Shown here: positions 8,781-17,730 of the stretch, piece after piece
How the letters are laid out: each line of letters opens with the position of its first letter
Position numbering within the stretch: the stretch's first letter is position 1
Assembly: GCA_040776945.1 (NCBI GenBank)
Contig: JAXGZN010000001.1
Span: 256,001 to 320,000 of the forward strand
From: Methanomassiliicoccaceae archaeon
Lineage (GTDB): Archaea > Thermoplasmatota > Thermoplasmata > Methanomassiliicoccales > Methanomassiliicoccaceae
Direction of reading: 5' to 3'
DNA length: 64,000 bases
Notes under the pieces: generated by a model
The model's database searches: none
The model's input: the letters and a program-made list of their open reading frames with translations, nothing else
What the model was told of the DNA's origin: nothing
Program-made: the position numbers and the translations under genes

Positions 8781-10055
8781 TCAGAAGTCAAGGTCCTCTA
8801 AGCTCTTAGCCTGCTCCTCCGACTCTTTCTTCGGTGCGTGCATGGCAAGGGCTAGCTTGTTCCGCACCAACAGGTGCTCGGCCGCTTTGAGGACCTCTTC
8901 TTCCGTTACGCGGTCCATCCTTCGCAAGGTCTCCTCAGGAGGGATCGCCTCTCCGGTTGCCATGAACATCTCCCCTAATCGGATCATCCTAGACTCGGTG
9001 CTCTCCAGCCTGCGGACGTAGGAGCCCTTGATCAAGTGCTTGGACCTCTGCAGCTCACCCTTCTCAAGCCCTTCTTTCTTAAGTCGTGCGATCTCCTTGG
9101 CCACCAGGCGGGCCACTCTCTCCTGGTCCTTTACCGCCGTGCTGTAGAACACGCTAAAAGTGCCGCAGTCCGTGTAGTTTCCGGACGATGCGTAGATCTC
9201 GTAGACGAGCCCAGACCTCTCCCTCACCTCTTGGAAGAGACGGGAGGAAGTCCCCATTCCCAGCAATGTAGCGAGCAACCGCTGCGCGAACCGGTCGGGG
9301 TGAACTGCGCTCAGGCCGGGGAACCCTATGCCCACGTAGGCTTGCTTATCGTCCCGAGGATATATGCTGAACCTGGCCTGGGGCACAGGCGCGGAACGGC
9401 CGTCCTGTCCGGATCGCGCTTCAAGGCCGTCGAAGGAGCTGGAGGCCCATTCCATGACCTGCTTCTTGTCAACGTTGCCGACGGCTACCACCGCCAGCTT
9501 GGGAGGCCGATAGCGCTCATGGAAGAACGAGCGGATGTCCTCCTCGGTGAAAGAGGAGACCGTGCTCACCGACCCCGCCTCCGACCGGCCCATGGGATGT
9601 TCGCCCCATAAGGTCTTGTTGAACAAAACATGCACGTAATCGCCAGGATCGTTCTCTAGCATCCGGATCTCTTGGACCACCACATTCCTTTCGACGTCCA
9701 GGCACTCCTTGGATAGCAGGGGCTGCAGGACCATGTCCGCAAGAACATCCTCGGCCACCTCCGCCGTCTCGTCCAAGGCGTAGGCCTGATAGGCGGTGAC
9801 CTCCTTGGTAGTGTATCCGTTCTGCTCTCCCCCGGCCGCCTCGATATCCTCGGACATCTGTCTCGCGGTGCGTTTCTTGGTGCCTTTGAACAACATGTGC
9901 TCGAGCATGTGGGCTATGCCCGCCTGATCGTCGCTTTCGTCCCGAGAGCCTGTGCCGAAGTAGGTGGAGAAGGACGCCGAGTGGGTGAAGGGGAGGCGTT
10001 CGATGATCACTGGGATGCCTCCCGGAGTGCTAAGGATATCTATCTCATCGGTCAT
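8781..10055 (-). CDS. M16 family (pitrilysin-like) metallopeptidase
   Basis: GSRDE..GIAHMLEHMLFKGT (HxxEH) and SSRLFQEVRE..GLVY motifs. Confidence 0.92.
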   Translation of the reverse strand: MTDEIDILSTPGGIPVIIERLPFTHSASFSTYFGTGSRDESDDQAGIAHMLEHMLFKGTKKRTARQMSEDIEAAGGEQNGYTTKEVTAYQAYALDETAEVAEDVLADMVLQPLLSKECLDVERNVVVQEIRMLENDPGDYVHVLFNKTLWGEHPMGRSEAGSVSTVSSFTEEDIRSFFHERYRPPKLAVVAVGNVDKKQVMEWASSSFDGLEARSGQDGRSAPVPQARFSIYPRDDKQAYVGIGFPGLSAVHPDRFAQRLLATLLGMGTSSRLFQEVRERSGLVYEIYASSGNYTDCGTFSVFYSTAVKDQERVARLVAKEIARLKKEGLEKGELQRSKHLIKGSYVRRLESTESRMIRLGEMFMATGEAIPPEETLRRMDRVTEEEVLKAAEHLLVRNKLALAMHAPKKESEEQAKSLEDLDF

Positions 10056-10328
10056 GGCCGTCCATGGTCCTGAGGGAGGCTTATTACTTTGCATCGAACG
10101 TAGTTAATGGCCTCGCTAAGGGCGTCGCGGGAACAGGCGCGCCGCACGCTCCTTATCCTGGCTGGTCGGATCTTTAGGTAGGCGAAGGTCCTTGCGTTCG
10201 TGCCGTTGCATGGCGCGGCCCCAAAAATGGGGCCTTTGGACCCTTTACACGCCATCGATATCTGTGGTCAGGCTGATTCTTTCCAGCCAAATGTTATATA
10301 GAGACATACTGATTCTTTTCGGCCTGCC

Positions 10329-10841
10329 ATGGAGAAGAAGCATTTTATAAAAAAGGTCTGCCTCCTTGGGGATGGGGGAGTCGGAAAGACAAGCCTCATT
10401 GGCAGGTATGTCCTCAATTGCTTCAGCGATGATTATGTCGTAAGCTTCGGCACCAAGGTCTCCAAGAAGGTCATCGAGTATGAGGATGTGCAGCTCACGC
10501 TCATGATCTGGGACATCCTGGGACAGAAGTCCCAGAAGGCCCTTCATGGGGCATACTATAGTGGCGCTAACGGCGTCCTCCTGGTATGCGACAACACCCG
10601 GCCGGAAACACTTCTTCATCTGCTGGAATGGAAGAGGGACCTCGAGGAAGTGGTAGGAGCGGTTCCCCTCGTGCCGATCATAAATAAGGCCGACCTGCCT
10701 ACTGCTCTGGTGGGCGCAGACATAGCCGCTGTGAGGACCGCCCTTGGCCATGACTTCCTATATACAAGCGCAAAGATGGGCAGCGGCGTCCAGGAGGCGT
10801 TCGAGCAGCTTGGGCGCCAGATCCTGGGGGTGGCGCTCTGA
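10329..10841 (+). CDS. Rab/Ras-like small GTPase
   Basis: G1 GDGGVGKTS, G3 IWDILGQ, YYSGANG, G4 NKAD, G5 SAK. Confidence 0.9.
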   Translation: MEKKHFIKKVCLLGDGGVGKTSLIGRYVLNCFSDDYVVSFGTKVSKKVIEYEDVQLTLMIWDILGQKSQKALHGAYYSGANGVLLVCDNTRPETLLHLLEWKRDLEEVVGAVPLVPIINKADLPTALVGADIAAVRTALGHDFLYTSAKMGSGVQEAFEQLGRQILGVAL

Positions 10842-10855
10842 ACCCCTTTTTTGTA

Positions 10856-11821
10856 ATGCCCGCCGCGGCCCTCCTCTCTCTGCGCGAGGAGTTGGAGCTG
10901 CTCTCGCCCGGTCATGAGGGCGAGACCCTGCAGCGCACTGGATTCAAGGCCGGCATGACCTTAGTTTCCACCCTGGACGTACCATCCCCGACCCTGGAGG
11001 ACTTCCCTGAGGTGTTCACTCAGTTGTGGTCCGAGAGCGGGTTGTCCCGGGCCAGGGTAAGCAGGGTCAGCATGGAGGAGATCGTGGTCAAGTTCAATGA
11101 ATCGGTCGAGGCGGCAAGAGGGCGGAAGTGCGACTTCACCCGAGGCTATCTCGCTGGGATCACCTCCGGTCTTCTGGGCCGCCGCTATGAGGCTACGGAG
11201 GTGGCCTGCATGTCCCAAGGTTCAGAATGGTGCGTACACCATATAAGGCCGGCCAACATCCCCATGGCTGGGGCCCATCCTTCCACCATCTCCACCGACC
11301 GTAAATATAGGCTTGAATCAGGATGCTCTTACCTCATCGAGTCGGATGATGCCAGGGAGTCGTTCGAGATCATGGCCGAGTACCTGGCCCATGGCAGTCC
11401 GGGACTGTGCATCTCTCGCGAGTATCCAGACAAGCTGCGCAAGGCCTTCCGGCTGGACGGCGCGAGGCTCATTTGGCTCTCCTACGAGGGGGACCGGGGG
11501 AACGCCTTGGAGCCGACCAACATACCGCTGATCTACAGCGAGATAAAGGCGTTCCTGGAGCAGACCTCTGGAGCTGTCTTCTTGATAAGCGGGTTGGAAT
11601 ATCTCGTCTCCCAGACCAACTTCGCCAAGGTGCTGAAGTTCGTGCAGCTTCTTTCAGAAGCTGCTGCGGTGAGCGATTCGATATTCCTATTGCCCATAAG
11701 TCCCGGGGCCCTCACCACGCGAGAGGTCAAGATGCTCGAGCGCGAGTTCCGGGATATCGGGGCGCCCAACAATGGCTTTTCTACAAGCTTATTGGATAGC
11801 AGAAACGACACCGAAAGGTGA
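10856..11821 (+). CDS. V4R domain + DUF835 (inactive KaiC/RecA-like) protein
   Basis: V4R: CDFTRGYLAG...EVACMSQGSEWC. DUF835: LCISREYP, LIWLS, ISGLEYL. Confidence 0.8.
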   Translation: MPAAALLSLREELELLSPGHEGETLQRTGFKAGMTLVSTLDVPSPTLEDFPEVFTQLWSESGLSRARVSRVSMEEIVVKFNESVEAARGRKCDFTRGYLAGITSGLLGRRYEATEVACMSQGSEWCVHHIRPANIPMAGAHPSTISTDRKYRLESGCSYLIESDDARESFEIMAEYLAHGSPGLCISREYPDKLRKAFRLDGARLIWLSYEGDRGNALEPTNIPLIYSEIKAFLEQTSGAVFLISGLEYLVSQTNFAKVLKFVQLLSEAAAVSDSIFLLPISPGALTTREVKMLEREFRDIGAPNNGFSTSLLDSRNDTER

Positions 11822-11923
11822 TGCTCGCGACCGTAGCCCCGGCAATGCGGGGCCAGGGTGTGGACCCGATGGCCGGTCGTGGTGGAGAAATGCTTAAATT
11901 AGAGGTCTTAGTTACCACGCTTT

Positions 11924-12394
11924 ATGCGTCTCGTTCCAAAGAAGTTCTTCATCAGTTCTGGCTGCGCCGTGAGCAAGGTCTCCGACCTTAACGCGTTCGA
12001 CAAGGCGCTGCTTGAAGCAGGCATCGGGGAACTGAACATCGTATCTGTCTCCTCGGTCCTCCCGGTGGGCGCCGAGCAGGTCGGCATCAGGGAGCTGCCC
12101 ATGGGGGCCGTTACCCACTGTGTCCTTGCCCAGATGAGAGGAGGAGAGGGCGAGATGATCTCTGCCGGCATAGCCTATGGGTTCCGTAAGGACGGCAAGG
12201 GCGGCTATGTTGCCGAGGGCCATATCCATGGCTCCAAGAAGGCCCTCCGTGAGATCATGGAATGGAAGATGGACGAGATGGCCAAGCTCCGGGGGATCGA
12301 GATGGAGACCATAGAGTACCGCATTGAGGAGCTCTCGGTGCCCATGGACAACTATGGTGCCTGTGTTGCCGCATTGGTCTTCATTGAATACTAG
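11924..12394 (+). CDS. pdaD: Pyruvoyl-dependent arginine decarboxylase
   Basis: LVPKKFF, LNAFDKALLEAGIG and NIVSVSSVLP (Ser-Ser cleavage site). Confidence 0.88.
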   Translation: MRLVPKKFFISSGCAVSKVSDLNAFDKALLEAGIGELNIVSVSSVLPVGAEQVGIRELPMGAVTHCVLAQMRGGEGEMISAGIAYGFRKDGKGGYVAEGHIHGSKKALREIMEWKMDEMAKLRGIEMETIEYRIEELSVPMDNYGACVAALVFIEY

Positions 12395-12820
12395 ATGTTT
12401 GGCGTGATAGTCTGCCCCCGCTGCGCCCTGGTGCAGGGAGCGGACCTTTCCGTGGCCCGGACCGCCTGTCCCCGATGCCAGAAGAGGATCGAGGTGAGAA
12501 AGGCCAAGGTCTATTTTTCAACAGATTCCTTGAAAGAGCTAGCGGAAGGGGTGCGGCAGGTGGGGGCACAGCTTATATATGACATCGAAGCGCCCGGCGT
12601 GAAGGCGGGGGCCCCGGTGACCGTGGCCGCCCGGACCGAGCGTCCAGACATACGGATGCTGGTCCTCGAAGTGCTTAAAGAGCGGGGAGAGGTCACCGGA
12701 GAGGAGATCGCGAGAGCCCTGGCCGGTGTGGGCGAGAGGGACCTTGACATAGCGATAGACAGCTTGCTGGGGTCTGGGCTCATGTACGAGGTCTCGGACG
12801 GGCGGTACAGAGCAGCATGA
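12395..12820 (+). CDS. Zn-ribbon + winged-helix protein (DUF1922/DUF5817-like)
   Basis: CPRC...CPRC at the N-terminus; wHTH-like C-terminus GLMYEVSDGRYR. Confidence 0.75.
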   Translation: MFGVIVCPRCALVQGADLSVARTACPRCQKRIEVRKAKVYFSTDSLKELAEGVRQVGAQLIYDIEAPGVKAGAPVTVAARTERPDIRMLVLEVLKERGEVTGEEIARALAGVGERDLDIAIDSLLGSGLMYEVSDGRYRAA

Positions 12821-13946
12821 GCACGCGGTCCAGGTCATAAACTCCACCCTTGCTGATCCTCTTTGCAGATTCCTCATAGCTTACCTTAGTGTAGTCCTCC
12901 CTGAACACAGGGCCCTTGCCGTCAGAGTAGGCGTTCCGGTCGAAGGTCGTCTGGAAGGTGTAATAATAATCTGCCAAATGTGCTCCCGTTCCGTCATCGG
13001 TAAAGTCCACGAACCGATTGGGCCGGAAGACCAAGAAGTCCCGGTTGACAACATCGATCGTAACGTTCTCCCCGCCGCCGGATGATAGGGGTATGTACGC
13101 CTGCAGCCATCCGTGCCCGCCCCATCGGTCATCGGCGCTGACATACAGGGCGCCCATCTGTAACCAGGCCGGTATCCCCGCGGCACGTGCAAGAGAGCAG
13201 AATAGGATCGATTGGTCGTCGCAGTCCCCTTTCCTGGTTTGAAGGGTCTCCAATGCTGACTGGGGCTCTCCTTCCGACACGTCCGATGAGTACTCCACGT
13301 TCGCGACCATCCAATCATAGATATCCTTGAGCGCCTAATACACGTTGGTCTCGTTCCCCACGATGCTCTCTGACATCGCCGCTATAGATGGCGAGGTCAT
13401 GTCGATCTTGAAGCTCTCGGTGGAGGATTGACCGCTGGAGATGTTCCACTCATCGTGAAGGTATCGTTCCTTGAGCGAAGAGGGTATGTCGCCCTTGCCC
13501 AAAGACGAGGCCCGGTCTATGTTCCAGATGTGCGTGTACACCGTCACCTCGTAGGTGACCTTGTAGGTCATGCTGTCATTGCCGGCAATGGCGGACCCGT
13601 TCCACCCTGCCCATCTTTGGCCGTAACGTGGCTCGCGGAAGGAGGGCTGGGGAGAATATGACACAGATCTCACGTCCTGGATAAGGTACCCGTTCTGAGA
13701 GATGGACGCTGGTTCGCATATGTCGAGGTCATAGCTTATTATCTCGCCGCCGTTGGCCTCCACCGTCAATGACCTTTCCAATGAGAATGTCGCGCTCTCC
13801 GGGTAGCGGGGAGTGAAGGGCGAGTTGACCAGTTCCACTAGGAACGTTTGCACTGCGGGGGTCAGCAATAGCAGGACTATGATTATCGTCGCTAAGGCGG
13901 CCGCCCCGGCTCTGACGGCCTTACGCTTCTTCTTGTTCCTTTCCAC
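12780..13946 (-). CDS. Membrane-anchored transglutaminase-like protein with one in-frame TAG (13335-13337); pyrrolysine readthrough or nonsense allele
   Basis: ORFs 13335-13946 and 12780-13310 share a frame: ...ETNVY*ALKDIYDWMVANVEY... Catalytic GDCDD, GHGW and IDVVN motifs; N-terminal TM helix. Confidence 0.85.
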
Positions 13947-13973
13947 GCTAAATGAACACGGGACCAGGTACCT

Positions 13974-14696
13974 TCAATCTTTCGTCTTGGGTACCTTCCT
14001 CGCTTTCCTAGGCTTGCTATCGGTCAGCTTTGCAAGCGCCTCTTTGACATATCGAGGCAGCATGCGATAATGAACATAATGATAATAGATGGCCATGAAA
14101 GCGAAGGCCGTCATGAACAGCGCAATGGCCAGCGTACCGCTGTCGACAAATGATGCGCTCGATGGCGCGAGCATGAGGACATATGCCAAGTGCACCACCA
14201 CGGCCTGTGCGAAGAAGGGCCAGGGGGTCCCCCGTGCCACGCCCATGCCGATGGTCGTGCCAGTGGATATCTGGAGCATGGCCAGCATGATCGAGTAGAC
14301 CACCATCACCGAGATGGCCAAGGGATCGAACCCGGCCATTGCCAGCGCCCGGTTCACAACACCGTAGGCCAGAGCTGTGGCCATCCCCGCGCTCAGCCCG
14401 AAGGCATAGAACGGCGTGTCCGCCCTCCTCTGGAACCTTGGCAGGTTGATTATCATGAGCTTGGTCGCTTCCTCCAGAATAAAGCCGATCAAGGCATATT
14501 CCAGCGCCAGGAACAGGGAAACGGCATAGAGAACGGCGCCGATGACGATGCCTGCGGTGAACATGCCGAAGAGCTTGGGATCGCTGAAGTACGGGCGCTC
14601 CACCTTAGGATAGATATACCTCTGCAGGGTCCAGAGCATAAGGGCAAGGGACGGCGCGAAGCCGATCGCGGCGGCCACGAACGAGGCGTATTCCAT
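13974..14696 (-). CDS. Polytopic membrane protein, PrsW-like (degenerate)
   Basis: About 7-8 hydrophobic helices; EEATK and VVHLAY motifs. Confidence 0.6.
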   Translation of the reverse strand: MEYASFVAAAIGFAPSLALMLWTLQRYIYPKVERPYFSDPKLFGMFTAGIVIGAVLYAVSLFLALEYALIGFILEEATKLMIINLPRFQRRADTPFYAFGLSAGMATALAYGVVNRALAMAGFDPLAISVMVVYSIMLAMLQISTGTTIGMGVARGTPWPFFAQAVVVHLAYVLMLAPSSASFVDSGTLAIALFMTAFAFMAIYYHYVHYRMLPRYVKEALAKLTDSKPRKARKVPKTKD

Positions 14697-14736
14697 CTGG
14701 CCGAGAGGACCGATTATCACTATTTAAATTGACTGT

Positions 14737-16620
14737 TTAGCTGACGAGCTTGTCGTAATAGTGCGCCACAACGCAGGCCTGGGCACATCTTCCGCATTGA
14801 TTGCAGCGGTCCTCGTTGACCAGGAGGCCGCGGTCAAGGCGGATCGCCTTGGCCCGGCAGTTGCGTACGCAGATGCCGCACTCGGTGCACAGCTGCGCCC
14901 GGAGCAGGGCTTTCGCCCCTGCCTCGAACATGGCGTGCGCCTTCTCCGGGGTGGGGCCGGTGGCGACCAATTGCCCTCCTCCGAAGACCTTCAGGGTACT
15001 GTCCTTCGTCTTTACCAAGGCGATCTCATAGTCGTTCGAGTACTTCACCTGACCCACCGTCTTCAAGGCCTCCGCGACCATGGAGAAGTCGCGCTTTCGA
15101 GGCACGGACAATACCCCCTCGGCCGAATAACCGCCGGTCAGGCAGGGGGATACGCCCTTCACCCACTTCAGGTCCAAGCGATCGGCACGGACCTCAGGCA
15201 GTCGGAGGCGCACCTCGTCGGCAAGCTGCCGCATCTTGCGAGGAAATATTTTCCATCGCCAAAAACCATACCTGATGTACTCTTCCCCGCCGCCGGCCTT
15301 CCTGGACCATGCCTTCAGGCGCTCCTCCCAATCCCGATGGAGGTCGGGGTGTATCTTAGAGGTGTTGCGCCATTCGCTCTCTAGACAGGAAGGGCAAAGG
15401 TAGCAGCCTATCCGCTCATAATCCATCTCATAGAGGGGATTGTATTCTATGTTCCTCCACCAAATGTAGCCCCAGACATCGACCGCCCTCCACTCTCGGA
15501 TGGGATTGAGGATAACTTGGTTCGGCACGAAAGGGTTCTTCTCAACGAAGGATATGTTGGAGCGGGCAAAGGACTCGTAGGCTCGGTTCCCCTCGATGGT
15601 CAGCGTTCCATCGGGAAAGTTTTTTTCGATGAGTTCGGTCAGAGGTGCTAGTTTGCAGACCTTGCAGCACCATCGGAAATCCTTTGCCGGAGGTCCAAAG
15701 GAACCGACCTGCTGCCAGAAAGCGTCCCCCGCGTCAGCTATCAGAAGCTGTTCCCGGTTCTTCTTGGCGAAGTCGCGCACATACTTGACGGTCTCCGGGA
15801 ACTCCAGGCCGGTATTCACGAAAATGAGGGTGAGCCCGTCCACCGCCCTGCTCGCCAATCCGTAGCATGCCAGCGAGTCCTTTCCCCCGCTGAACGACAG
15901 CGTGATGGGCAGCTTGTTGTTGCCAGCATAGGAACGTATATCGGAGACCGCTCTGGATTCCAGGGACCGGAAGTGCTTTTCGTTGACGTTGACGAACCCG
16001 GTCCATGAGGAGCGACGTTTGGAGACCTCCAGGGCTCCCTTGCCTACGTCCCGGATCCCTATCGCCCTCTCGGCGGTGGGCGCCTCATCGCTGGATGCTT
16101 TGGCCACAGCACTGCACACAAGGCTGCCTGCTATGACGATCAAAGGGTCCCCGGGATTGAAATCGCCCTTGATCTCCTTGATCATTGTGCCGGGGATGGT
16201 CTTCCCCTTCAGATGGCCTGTGTCGCGCCCCATTACCACCACCCCCTTCTTGGCGATGGGGTACAGCATGCGGGCCCCGCCCAGGCGCAGATCGAGCTGG
16301 AAACCGCAGGACCTAAGATCGTATCGGAGAACGCCGATGACCGTTCCCTGGTACACTATCTCATCGGTACGGTCCTCGCCGGCCACCTTGTTGAGGAAAA
16401 CGGTCCGGTTCCGGAGGAACTCGGAGGTACCGAAATGCCGATCGAAAAGGCTCGCGACCACGGTGTTGCTCTCTCCCATGCACGGCCGTATGTCACCGGG
16501 CTTGGAAACCTCGAAGTAACGGCCGGGAGATGAGCAGATGTCGCAGTTCGGACCAAGGATGAGCGTCCCGCAGTTATCGCACCATCTCAGGCCGACCTTG
16601 CCATGCTCGAAGTGAGGCAT
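14737..16620 (-). CDS. PAPS-reductase-family protein with PUA-like and 4Fe-4S dicluster domains
   Basis: SFSGGKDS, RWCCKVCKL, ERIGCYLCP; C-terminal CTECGICVRNC and CNQCGRCAQAC. Confidence 0.9.
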   Translation of the reverse strand: MPHFEHGKVGLRWCDNCGTLILGPNCDICSSPGRYFEVSKPGDIRPCMGESNTVVASLFDRHFGTSEFLRNRTVFLNKVAGEDRTDEIVYQGTVIGVLRYDLRSCGFQLDLRLGGARMLYPIAKKGVVVMGRDTGHLKGKTIPGTMIKEIKGDFNPGDPLIVIAGSLVCSAVAKASSDEAPTAERAIGIRDVGKGALEVSKRRSSWTGFVNVNEKHFRSLESRAVSDIRSYAGNNKLPITLSFSGGKDSLACYGLASRAVDGLTLIFVNTGLEFPETVKYVRDFAKKNREQLLIADAGDAFWQQVGSFGPPAKDFRWCCKVCKLAPLTELIEKNFPDGTLTIEGNRAYESFARSNISFVEKNPFVPNQVILNPIREWRAVDVWGYIWWRNIEYNPLYEMDYERIGCYLCPSCLESEWRNTSKIHPDLHRDWEERLKAWSRKAGGGEEYIRYGFWRWKIFPRKMRQLADEVRLRLPEVRADRLDLKWVKGVSPCLTGGYSAEGVLSVPRKRDFSMVAEALKTVGQVKYSNDYEIALVKTKDSTLKVFGGGQLVATGPTPEKAHAMFEAGAKALLRAQLCTECGICVRNCRAKAIRLDRGLLVNEDRCNQCGRCAQACVVAHYYDKLVS

Positions 16621-17079
16621 CCGATTAAAATGCGCTTGATATTTCAAGCTATCTGCTTTTCATCGCATGCGGCAGCGGGGCGAGGAGGACCGCGTTCCGG
16701 ATGCGATCATGCCGATAATCGCCGGCCATGCCGCCTTCGCTCCCTTGAGGAACATGGTCCGGCCGCCGTCGAGGCATCGGCCTCCGTGAAAGACTATCGC
16801 CTTAGTGCCCGGACCGCTCAAAATCTCGGCCGCAAAGGCTCGCTGGAGGGGGGGATCGTTGTTGTTGATGTTGCCTGATCATCACTACGGGCCTTAAGGA
16901 CCTGCTCCGACCTTATTATGGGCCCCATTGCCGGTCCTGCTGGTCAGGTGCCCGCCCATCGCCTCTTTTTCTAGACCAATGTCTGATCCGTTATATGTGT
17001 CCGGGGGCGGAAACCTCATTCGGATGGGGTCAATGGGAGGCCAAATTATATGAGGGGCCTAGGTCGTGAGCAGAGCAAG

Positions 17080-17730
17080 ATGTACGACCAGAACACCATC
17101 CATATCCCAGCATGGTATGGGCAGATAAGGTTCGGCAAGGTCGAGGTCCGCAATATCATGTTGGCAGTCGGGGCCTTGACCCTTGCCTTCACCCTTTCCA
17201 TGGCCCTCCATTCGTCCATTCCAGGACTGTCCACGATAGAGTTCTTCCTCTATGCCCTGGGCACCTCGTTCATCGCCGTGGTAACCGGGTTCATGCTCCA
17301 TGAGATAGCGCATAAGGTCGTGGCGCAGCGCAACGGGGCGTGGGCGGAATTTCGCGCCTACCCTGTCGGATTGGTCATCGCCATCGTCAGTGCGATGATG
17401 GGGTTCCTCCTGGCAGCGCCTGGAGCGGTGTATATCCAGGGAGCCGTGAGCAGGAGACAGAACGGTCTCATCAGCATCGCCGGGCCGCTGACCAATCTAG
17501 GTCTTGGACTGGTGTTCCTAGGCCTGGGCATTTGGATGCAGAGCGGCCTGTTGGCCATCGCCCTGTATTGGATCGGCTCGGTGAACACCTTGTTGGCGGT
17601 GTTCAATCTGCTGCCCATTCCGCCCCTGGACGGTTCCAAAGTGCTGAGTTGGAGCGTGCCGGTCTACGTCGTGACCTTCGGTGTGACCGTGCTCCTATCG
17701 GCGCTGCTGCTGTTCGGCGTCCTGATCTGA
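17080..17730 (+). CDS. Site-2 protease (M50 family)
   Basis: HEIAH, AGPLTN and FNLLPIPPLDGSK motifs. Confidence 0.92.
   Translation: MYDQNTIHIPAWYGQIRFGKVEVRNIMLAVGALTLAFTLSMALHSSIPGLSTIEFFLYALGTSFIAVVTGFMLHEIAHKVVAQRNGAWAEFRAYPVGLVIAIVSAMMGFLLAAPGAVYIQGAVSRRQNGLISIAGPLTNLGLGLVFLGLGIWMQSGLLAIALYWIGSVNTLLAVFNLLPIPPLDGSKVLSWSVPVYVVTFGVTVLLSALLLFGVLI

Noticed and set aside
12395-12820. Cys-rich small proteins (also 1-273 and 61399-61569) as RING E3s
   Set aside because: Their Cys spacing fits Zn-ribbon, YkgJ or CxxC-x17-CxxC families, not the eight-ligand RING pattern.
16650-17050. Long intergenic spacer as ncRNA (likewise 23405-23743 and 33906-34238)
   Set aside because: I could not recognise SRP, RNase P, riboswitch or convincing repeat structure by eye; these are divergent promoter regions.
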